Source of the DNA: Lingula anatina
Taxonomy: Eukaryota > Animalia > Brachiopoda
Length of the DNA: 64,000 bases
Assembly (NCBI GenBank): GCA_051362555.1
Contig: CM120643.1
Location: 29,206,848-29,270,847, forward strand
Direction: 5' to 3'
Position numbers and translations under genes: made by a program. The notes below the pieces were generated by a model. The model worked only from the letters and a program-made list of their open reading frames with translations, was not told the origin of the DNA and ran no database searches. Shown in pieces: positions 29,501 through 39,461 of this stretch (the first letter of the stretch is position 1; the number at the start of each line of letters is the position of its first letter).

Positions 29501-32500
29501 TAGTAACTATGGACCTATCTCTGCCAGTTTTGTAGATAAAAGGGAAAAAAATATGCAAAGTTCAGTTCATGGTGAAAAGTAGGTCAAAGGTCAATTTCAA
29601 GGTCACATTTAGATTGCCAGTATATGACTTCCTATTCAACTTCAATAGTAACTATGGACCTATCTCTGCCAGTTTTGGAGATATAAGGGACTATATGTTT
29701 TAATTTTGGAGTTACCATAATGTGCCATAAATTTCCTACAGAAAAAATTAATTAAAATAAAGAAAAGGTCATTTTCGTCAAAATTCTTGAAATAAGAGGT
29801 GCTCTGAAGTTCCAGATGTTCAAATTTGATGAAATAATGTCATTTTTGACCACAAGTTGTCTGCTTTGCCAAGCCTTATGTTTTATTTTTCCGGAGTTCA
29901 AAATTTATTATCCATTACCGTACTCCACATTTTGCTTTCACCACCAATATGTGCCAGTATATGACTTCCTATTCAAGTCCAATAAAAACTATGGACCTAT
30001 CTCTGCCAGTTTTGGAGATAAAAGGGAAGCAAAATTTGCAAAGTTCAGTTCATGGTGAAAAGTAGGTCAAAGGTCAATTTCAAGGTCACATTTAGATTGC
30101 CAGTATATGACTTCCTATTCAACTTCAATAGTAACTATGGACCTATCTCTGCCAGTTTTGGAGATAAAAGGGAACCAAAATTTGCAAAGTTCAATTCATG
30201 ATAAAAAGTAGGTCAAAGGTCAATTTCAAGGTCGAATTTAGATTGCCAGTATATGACTTCCTATTCAACTTCAATAGTAACTATGGACCTATCTCTGCCA
30301 GGTTTGGAGTTAAAAGAGAAAGAAATTAGCAGAGTTCAGTTCATAGTGAAAAGTAGGTCAAAGGTCAATTTCAAGGTCACATTTAGATTGCCAGTATATG
30401 ACTTCCTATTCAACTTCAATAGTAACTATGGACCTATCTCTGCCAGTTTTGGAGATAAAAGGGAAGCAAAATTTGCAAAGTTCAGTTCATGGTGAAAAGT
30501 AGGTCAAAGGTCAATTTCAAGGTCACATTTAGATTGCCAGAATATGACTTCCTATTCAAGTTCAATAGAAACTATGGACCTATCTCTGCCAGTTTTGGAG
30601 ATAAAAGGGAAGCAAAATTTGCAAAGTTCAATTCATGGTGAAAAGAAGGTCAAAGGTCAATTTCAAGGTCACATTTAGATTGCCAGTATATGACTTCCTA
30701 TTCAACTTCAATAGTAACTATGGACCTATCTCTGCCAGTTTTGGAGATATAAGGGACTAAATGTTATAATTTTGGAGTTACCTTAATGTGCCATAAATTT
30801 CCTACAGAAAAAATTAATTAAAATAAAGAAAAGGTCATTTTGGTCGAAATTCTTGAAATGGGAGGTGCTCTGAAGTTCCAGAAGTTCAAATTTGATGAAA
30901 TAATGTCATTTTTGAACACAAGTTGTCTGCTTTGCCAAGCCTTATGTTTTATTTTTCCAGAGTTCAAAATTTATTATCCATTACCGTACTTCACATTTTG
31001 CTTTCACCACCAATATGTACTTTTTGACACAGCGTAGCTCGAAAACCGTATGGAATACAAAAAAACAGAGACCACTTCCAGTGCTGGGCTTTACATGCTC
31101 TACAAAATGCAAAAAAGAATGGGTCTCTAGCATTAACGGTCCCCGAATTAGAGACAGTTTTCAGTTTCGGTATCTTATGGCCGCTACTCCCGTTAAAATG
31201 CACCGATTGACCCCAAATACACGGAGATGAAAGATGACCTGAAGGGTATCATTTTCCAATAATATTATTGGTTAAGTCTGTGTGGTGTCTGAATAACAGC
31301 GCAAATAATTTTTTTTTCGTAAAAAAATTCATTTTTTTGAAAAATTTGGCCTGTTTGACCTTGAAATAAAGGTCAAAGGTCAAATCCAAGGGCATATTTG
31401 AAATCTACACATATGACTTTTGGAAAGCCGTCTGTAGAAATTTTTCCCATAATTCCTTCCGTAGGGTAGATAATTAGCATTTAATTTTGCCATTTTTGGA
31501 CAAGGGTGCATTGCAATGAATGCCACACTTAGACCCCAATACCGACAAAGCCCAAATTTTACGTGGAATGAGTTGAGATTATAGGTGACCTAAATCCATG
31601 AGATGGGTATGGGGGCCCTTACCGTCTAGGAGGAGAAGCGGTTACGGTAACATGGCGGCGGAGCCGGCGGAGCCGCAGGAGCCGGCGGAACGGACCGGAC
31701 GGGACTAAAACCATGTGTACCGCCAGCGCTAACGCTGGTGGTACAATTAACAATGTTGTAAAGATGCAGGAAATATCAAACAAACACTTTTACGTATCTT
31801 ATTAGTTAAATAATGAGACTGTTAACATGCCTAATAATTGAATCTGAGGAAATGTGAAAAAACAGCATAACTTCTAAAATAAAGGCCCGATCATGCTGAT
31901 TTTTTAACTTGACCTGCGTATTATGAATATCCATCAGTTCTGTTAGTTTCAAGCCAAAAGGTAAAATGTTATTTGACTTATCGTGTTATCGGTGTTGCAT
32001 ATATGCTGAGAAAAGTGAAAAAACAGCGTAACTTCCCTAAAAATGACCCGATCATGCTGATTTTCGAACTTGACCTGCGGATTATGAATATTCATCAGTT
32101 TTGTAAGTTTCAACCTAAAAAGTAAAATGGTTTTCCACTTATCGTGTTATCGGTGCTGCATATATGCTGAAAAAAGTGAAAAAACAGCATAACTTCCCTA
32201 AAAATGGCCCGATCATGCTGATTTTTTAACTTGACCTGCGTATTAGGAATATTCACCAGTTCTGTAAGTTTCAAGCCAAAAGCAAAAACGGTGTTCCACT
32301 TATCGTGTTATCGGTAAAAGTGCACGACGGCGACGACGACAGACGCAGATGATGGCTATATGTACAGACACATCTGTGTCTGTACATAAAAAGCATTTGA
32401 TCAAATTCCATATACAGTATACTTAGCACAACACACTAAACCAATGCCACCTAGCATTTCTCTTAAAGGGATCACACTCTGCGCCATATTTCACAATAGA

Positions 32501-33261
32501 TACATTGTAAACAACTCACAGAAATATAATATATTCTATTTTTTTTCACAAAAGTGGCCTTTATAGTAGTTATTCTTAAATATGTGCTTGTCATCGGACC
32601 ACATGACCTCCACAGGTGGCTATACTCTGTAATCATCTCTTAAGAGATTATTGAAAAAAGAAAAAACTTTTTAGAAAAAAAAACAGGGACTAACTTTGAA
32701 TGTATTCATTAACCTTTGGTAAGCATGTGAAAATTGTCTTTTACCCCAGGAAAATTCTTTTTTTTTTTTTTTTTGGTCAAAATGAAAAGTTGTTATCCTT
32801 TTAACATTAATTTCTATTCCAATTCCATTAATATCTGTGGAAAAAATGGCTCTTCACCCTGAGAATCCACTTACAGTTCAATGATAATAGGACCAAAGTA
32901 CTGTATCCCCAGTTTACAATACACTTGGTACTGCAGGGGCATGTATGTACAGAGTCTCTCCAGAGACATGGCTACCGTCTCATTGTGTATTCCTGCTAAC
33001 TGCTCCACCAGTCCCAAGGCCACTGTACAGGCTAGACAGGGGGAGAAATGACAGACTATATAAATATACATAGAGGTACAGAGTCTTTCCAGTGATCAAC
33101 ATGGCCACTGTCTCATTTTGTGTTCTTGCCAACAGGATTAAAACGAGAGACTATAATACAAATATAAATGACACCTTAAATTAATTTTTAAAAAATGACA
33201 ATTAAGGCCAAACATTTTAAACATCTCCAACAGGTTTGAGGATAATGTACAGAATAGACAC

Positions 33262-33308
<47 letters not shown>

Positions 33309-34355
33309 AACCATTCCTATAAAATATTTAAGTAAATACAAATAAACTTAATACATGGCTTGCAATTTAATCTAAATCTCATTCTACCAATTTACATGGA
33401 GAGAAAAGGATAAACAGCATATAACCTGAGCTATTCACCTAATTAATAAATAAATACAATTATAAAGTTAAATAAACTGAAATACAAAAAAATATTTATA
33501 TAAAAATAAATTAATAACAAGTATTATTTCCCAAAAAATGTCAACATGTACATCTATAAACACAGAAAAAATAATAATCTTTAAACCAATTTTAGAGAAA
33601 CAAATGTTATATTTAAGCATCATGCCTATAATTCACTAGTTTCCAACTCCATTATGAAAGGGACTCAAAAATAACATTCCTGTAATTACTACTATCAAGG
33701 TGTTATAACAGATATAACTCCTTGCTACTATAAATTGTATTATTAATATATTATCAAAATGTACAGGTATCTTCAATTTTCAGCACAACTTCACCCCATG
33801 CACATGTACATGTATAAATATCTCTCAAGGAAGTGGTAACATTACCATGTATTATCATATTCATTTAAAAAGCGACTGGTTTCATCACCACATTTACCAT
33901 TTGCTTTTATTCAGACAAGGAAGCGAAATTTACGACTTCTGCCGTCTAGGATTTTGTTTTGTTTTCGTTTTCAAATTTCTCAAACACTAAAACCTTACAC
34001 AATTTAGCAAAACATAATTATTTGCAACTCCATGTTATAGGTACCCAAATTAAATGAAGTTTAACAGCCATATAACTGTTTTCTTAAAACTCTACCAACG
34101 TCATGTCGCGTGAAAAGTTGTCAACTCGACACCTGGTGCGAGTAAATTTCAGTTGCCAAGTGAAAGAACCTACAAAAATATCTTAAAATGAATTAAAAGA
34201 ATGAACAACACGTAAAATATAAGCGGATAATGATACATACTAGCACACGTAAACCCTCCGTTGATTCCTCGCTTTTCGTTAATGATGAAGAACGGGTTAG
34301 CTATCGGTAGAAGTGTTAACACCAAACAAACTTCAAACAACCCTCCCTTCGCCAT
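16347..34355 (-). CDS. AOAH: Acyloxyacyl hydrolase (saposin-like domain plus GDSL/SGNH lipase; LPS-deacylating family), 18 exons
   Basis: Exons 34355-34241, 33031-32875, 25071-24972, 24537-24475, 24156-24068, 22552-22492, 22269-22199, 22012-21964, 21538-21325, 20823-20710, 20327-20291, 20018-19944, 19618-19543, 19055-18900, 18465-18406, 17954-17852, 17111-17029, 16475-16347. Signal peptide; saposin Cys pattern; DLDGDGFS, TLRGSSWRGKDC, DSNCNGIYGVDP; catalytic LGDSVGAHFH; NRCNHRDY; GNDVCN; EPVDGFHPNQ; C-terminus DQGGY. Confidence 0.97.
16515..16721. mobile_element. Palindromic MITE (family A) in the last AOAH intron
   Basis: Long TIRs ggaccgttca...aaatctattttctatttgcggtatcttgtgatcac / gtgatcacaagataccgcaaatagaaaatagatttt...tgaacggtcc. 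Confidence 0.85.
16756..16918. mobile_element. MITE (family B), copy 2
   Basis: TIRs ccccattcagaataggggactaac / gttagtcccgtattctgaatgggg; homologous to 7046-7187. Confidence 0.8.
17366..17885. repeat. Tandem array of an AOAH exon 3' end plus splice donor, units separated by (CA)n
   Basis: Unit cagtgacttacact[a/g]gccaatgggacagtctatataaccaatatc at about 17467, 17556, 17647/17777 (split) and 17841 (true exon end); diverged copy at about 17366. Confidence 0.9.
23207..23437. mobile_element. MITE (family D), copy 1
   Basis: TIR core atttagatcgatct / agatcgatctaaaa; highly similar copy at 25392-25622. Confidence 0.85.
25392..25622. mobile_element. MITE (family D), copy 2
   Basis: Same orientation and nearly the same sequence as 23207-23437. 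Confidence 0.85.
26201..26422. mobile_element. Short HINE/DINE-like non-autonomous element (family C), copy 1
   Basis: actagaaaac...acctctgccaaggc...acaggggtgaaaatataacctcc...gaggtaaat; homologous to 49950-50208 and 63376-63595. Confidence 0.7.
26760..28615. repeat. Tandem repeat with about 337-bp unit (3-4 young copies plus older diverged copies)
   Basis: Anchor gatgcaatattacataatg at 27454, 27791, 28127, 28465; degenerate anchors near 26789, 27119 and 25722. Confidence 0.9.
28887..31748. mobile_element. Helentron-associated non-autonomous element (HINE/DINE-like) carrying a 146-bp internal satellite
   Basis: Starts actag; subterminal inverted repeats ttgtaccaccagc (28923-28935) and gctggtggtacaa (31734-31746); terminal palindrome 31716-31745; GC-rich microsatellite at about 31654-31703; tandem units at about 29100-30760. 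Confidence 0.75.
29100..30760. repeat. About 146-bp satellite with AGGTCAAAGGTCA in each unit; interrupted by a block that is duplicated after the array
   Basis: Anchor (t/a)aggtcaaaggtcaatttcaaggtc at 29103, 29247, 29393, 29580, 30063, 30209, 30354, 30500, 30646; block 29690-29950 recurs at 30755-31017. Confidence 0.95.
31840..32392. mobile_element. 3' part of a second HINE-like element with 161-bp tandem units
   Basis: gtgaaaaaacagc at 31854, 32015, 32176; (gac)n microsatellite at about 32326-32345; terminal palindrome tatgtacagacaca-tc-tgtgtctgtacata followed by an A-run. Confidence 0.75.
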
Positions 34356-34537
34356 GTTCCACTGTGTTGGTCAGGTGGGAGTCATGTGACCGTTGGAAAG
34401 CGGAAGTGATTGCTCGAGATTTTGCGAGATTAAACCGCCAATTTTAAAAGTTGTTTGTCAATGCCAAAGGCACGGTTGCGGGCGTAGGACGAAGAAGACT
34501 GTTTAAAACGAATTTATGAACCGCTGACGGATTAAAA
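34356..34537. promoter_or_regulatory. Compact bidirectional promoter AOAH/ANLN
   Basis: 182 bp between ATGs; GTCATGTGAC (34381-34390), GCGGAAGTG (34400-34408), CCGCCAATTTTAAAA (34435-34449). Confidence 0.75.
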
Positions 34538-37500
34538 ATGGATCCTTTTACACAGGTAAATGAAACGATGACTTAGATTCACAGAAGTTGTGTTTTAACG
34601 AGTTCTGATCTCATGTTTTATGGGATGAACGACCCATCCCAACCGGCTAATGTGTAGCTGATACTAGTAGTACTTCATACTTTTGGAACAGATCAACCTC
34701 ATACGTTAACTAATATAAATTTTATTTGATACTGTGTAGTAAAATTGATTAGAATGCTCATTTCTATCGGTTGTAATTTGTGTTTCTTTAATGTGGCATA
34801 TTATTCAGATTTATCAGATTAGAAATTTAAAATGGTGTGGACTAGACAACTCCTCCCTTGGCGCACGCCTTGTAAAGGTTGTATCTGATTGCAACAGTTT
34901 AAACATAAGTGTCCTTAATTTCTCTAATTGTTGCAGCGCACAGAATTGTGAAATGGTGATTATTACTAGTAACTAATTACAAGGTCAATCAGAAAATTGC
35001 CCTCATTAAATTGGAGCTGCCAGGATTCGAATTTTGAAAAACAAATTTATCTGTGGAAATATGCTTGCAAAGTTCTATAATTATTTAAATGATTTTGATT
35101 TTCAGAGCAGTGATTTAGACACCTCAGTTGCGGTAATATTTCCAAAATAATTTACATGTCAAATGATCCCTAACAATAGCTATAAAAGTTACTGGAGGAA
35201 ACTTCAAAATGGTTTACTAGTAATAACATGTTGGGTCAATTTTTTTATTTTCTGAGGGTTCTCGGTCTATTTTACTTTCATGGTTCTTAGAAAAAAGTTT
35301 AATTGGGACACTAATGTAACTAACAGTATTTCCCTTCAATTAAAATAACTTGTACAAGGCATGCACAGATTTAACACATACTAGTACTAGTCTGCATGCT
35401 TCAAATTTGACATGTGTAGATTGAGGATGAGGTGAGAATTTTAAAGGCTTTCAGTGAAAATGGAACATTGGGAAGGTTTAATGTCTTCAAGTTTATCATC
35501 AAATCAGGAAATCTGAATGAACAATATGCAGCTTTGCTTTAATTTAATTTTTTTTTTTTTTGTTACACTCACTTTAACTGTTAACAACATGTTTTGCTTG
35601 AAGCTTGAAAATTATTTGATCATTGGATAAAACTTCAAATAGTAACTGCCCTGCATTCCGATGAACCACAACATGAATCCAGTTGCTCTGTCAGGTGCCA
35701 AATACCAAGTCTTGGATGTCTGTATCATGCTGCATGGTTCATGGCATCTTGATAACCTTACAACATGTGTACAACTGTCTACATGTCTTTGAATGGACCA
35801 GCTGAGTAATAGGAGAGCCTGAAGAAGTGCAAATTACAAAATCTTACTCAGTACTGGCTAAGTTCAAACTTGACAGACTGGTACTTGGTGCAGGGCCAAT
35901 GTTCACATTGCAGACTGATTGAAAACAGTTGATTCATTCCAGTTTAAATCTTGGGGGTGGAATTTGGTTTATAATTGGAATGTTAATTTAGTGAAAGATT
36001 AAAATTAATTCAATGAAAGATTCTGCTTTTCTTAGCAAAGGTAAATTGTGTTCTGCCTTAGTTTTCAGAGTTGACTAGAAACCAACTTTATTTTCATCAT
36101 GTTTCTGGAGTTACAGAAAACTGATGGTTATTATGTAAAAAAATATTTGGCAAAAATCCTAAGTGCTGATTTACCTGTGGAAAAAAGTTGATATGAAATT
36201 CATGTGAAAGATGGTTATATTTTAAATTCATGTTTGCTTATTTTGGAATTTCACATTGTTGTCAGGTGCTTTGTCCTAGACGTTGAATGCTAGAGTCATT
36301 ATTTACAAAATACACTGGGGCTTAATTTTAGACATATTTTAGGGGTAACCTGATACCTGTCTCTGTTAGTTTAGATGGTGTTTGGTAGTTTTTCCAGTGG
36401 ATAAATATCATTAGGACATCTTTTATTCAACCCTGGTTAAAAAAACTGTCTGACTTATGCACTAGATTTATAAAACTAGCACTAGGGACACTAACATATG
36501 ATACTTGCCATGTATGATTCATTACATGCTAATTCTTGAAATTTTCAATTGAAGAAAGTGCGTTGCACTTATAAGCTGATGTAGAATTATCCATTATGAC
36601 CCCTTCCACAAAAATAAAGGATGGGGATTAATGGTAAATTTAAATTCAAGGTTAATGATAATCATTGGGCTTGTTAAATTTTTTCATCAAGACAAGGGCC
36701 ATTTTCTAGATTATGTCCTTTTTACGCTAGAATTGTTCAGTGTCATGCTGTTTTTTGTAGAAATTGTTGGAGCGCACTCGCCAAAGGCGCGAGCAGCTCA
36801 CTCAGAAGATGGCAGAATCTCCGCGTGCTGCTCCACGAAAACGACGCACGCCTCTGGCTGAGGATCAGACGGATAATATTGTGCAAGAAGAAAAGATAGG
36901 TAAATGAAGGAGCTTCATGGATCAACTTTTAAGTGCTGAATCCAATTTAACTGCAGCGTTTGCCGCCATTAAGTTTTAAAAATATTATGTAACAAGTGCA
37001 CACTTGATAAAAAGCTGTTTTTATTTTTGATCACATTCAGAGAATTCATTTATCACAGCAGACTTTATGTGATTAGTTCAGTCACATGAACATTATTTCT
37101 CTTTTTAAATTTCAGACGATGACTCCCCAAACAAGCGCCAGTGTGTGCGCGAGGCAGAGCGCGAGATGAAGGCTGACACGCCTGCGGTACAGGGAGTGAA
37201 ATCACGAATGCAGAAACTGGTGCAAGAACAGAACAAATGGAAAGATGAGAACGGTAAGGGGGTTAGGGTCTAAATGATGGAATAAAATAAATTATGGTGT
37301 TGAAACTAGAGTTAAAAGTACAAATGAAACTTCAAATACAACAATTAACTAACTACAATCAACAATAACCTAAGTTTACTTTATTCATTTCTTAAAAGGC
37401 CATGTTTTAGGTATTTGATCAAATGGAATTCTTAACAGTTATTGAACTCAGTATACCAGCTCCAAGAGTTATCAAAACAACAGATAAATAATAACTAAAG

Positions 37501-39416
37501 CTTACATGTTTAAGTTCATAATTTCTGAAATCTTTGTTCACCCCAGCTTTGTGAAGTGTAGCTTTTTATTTAGTTTGAAATATTACTTTAGCTAGAAATT
37601 GCCCAGAATTTGGGGTGTAGTATTTGGTTGAAGAGTTCAACATAACCCTAATGTCTTTGTTATATTAACTTTAAGTGATTATTGCAATAAAAGTAACTTG
37701 AATAATTATGATAATAAAAAAAAATTTAAATGAAAATTATAAATTTAGGTGGTGAGAACATGGAGGTTGAACAGCCAGTGGCAAAGCCACGGGATCCCGA
37801 CCCCGCATCCCCTCCCCAGCCGACCCCCACTGCCAGGAAGAACCGCCTGGCCGCCCTCGCCCAGTCCATCAATAACTGGGAGGATGACCTCACACACCAC
37901 GAGTTCAGGTAGGGAGTTATGACATGTGGCTGTTGGGGGATCTGCCAGATACAGCTTTTACTGTGAATTTAGAAAATTGTACAAGGCATCTGTTTGATCA
38001 TTGTGTTATAAGTTATGTCAAGATGGTAAACATTTTGATTTGGTCATATGAAGTTAAAAATATATTTTACTGTTTTAATTAAGTTTATCATTTATATAGT
38101 TTCCTTTTTTTTTTTTTTTTTTTTTAAGGCATAGCCTTCACGCTGTCTTGAAAATGAAATCAAAATTAAACATTCCCTCTAAGCTTAAAGTCAAAAATTA
38201 CCAAATCTCAAACTTGAAACATGCTTTGCTTTAATTCTAGACCTAAAGAAGAAAAACCCAAGAGAGTGTGGCAGCCTCCACCTAAGCCAGTGGAGACCAA
38301 GCCCGCCTCCCCCAAAAAGTACCCAGCACCCCAAAAGCCAATTGAAACCAAGGCTGCCTCCCCGAAGAAGTACCCTGCCCCAAAGGTGCCATCACCGCAG
38401 GAAAGCACAACCACTATCACCACCAAGTCTAAACCTGTGGAGACGACAGAAAGAACAGAGACCATCGAGACCACCACGACAAAGATCACGGTGACGCGTA
38501 ATGGTGGCAGCATGAATATCAAGGTGTCTGGGGAGAATGGGGATTTCGAGGTCGCGCCGAGCAAGCCGCCCAGGACCTATGAAGCTGAAATCCCTGTGGT
38601 GGTGAGCAGGCAGAGTCAGAGGTGAGAGTTGTCTGTCTCAACCTACCCAGTTCATTTTTCAGTTTGGATCCCCCAAATAAAAAAAAGATATATGCCAAAT
38701 GAAAATGGACATATTTCCGTCTGTCTGATTGGACTAGTAACTTCCAATCCAAAAATCTCAGTTTTAACCTATGAGATACCTCAGATATGTCACTTACATT
38801 GAAAGCCTACATCCTAAGATATAAAAATGAATTGTTATCCATTGCTGCGTATGTTTTCCCAGAGACTAAGATCTGAAGATGTAACTCAGTATTATACACA
38901 AACAAATAATGATTTGGAAGATGATGAATAAAGTAAATATGATATTAATCATAAATCCTTTTTTTTTTTTTTTTTCCTGAAAGATAACAACACTGTAACC
39001 TTTCATTAAAATCAAGTTGCTTTCTGCTACGTACAGATAGTGCCACAAACAAACATTCAATTTCAAACACTTTAGGAACGTTTCCTCTCTGTTTCAGTAC
39101 CACATCTGTGCAGAAGTCCACGGAGCCAACCTCCTCTCAGAGCTCCTATGTGAGTAAACTAACACTGAATGTTGGCAAGAAAGAGGCATGTAATAAGCCA
39201 GTGGAGGTGAGAGCTGACCTCAGAGGCCTATAGGCTAGTAGAGCTTGCGGTGTGCAGTAGAATGAGTTTGAGTTTGTGGTGGAGTTCCTCGTAACCTTCT
39301 TAACCTGTTTAATTGTTTGTTTGTATATAATTTGGCCCCTGTGCCTTTTCAAGGAATGTTAAGAGCAAAACCCCTGAGCTAGCCTTGATGTGGATTGAAA
39401 TTAATTCTGTTGTCCC

Positions 39417-39461
<45 letters not shown>

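Noticed and set aside
29100-30760. Regular repeats as a CRISPR-like array; repeated ORFs such as VKSRSKVNFKVTFRLPVYDF
   Set aside because: Units are wholly repeated with no unique spacers, no cas genes are present, and the context is a eukaryotic intron; the ORFs are by-products of satellite translation.
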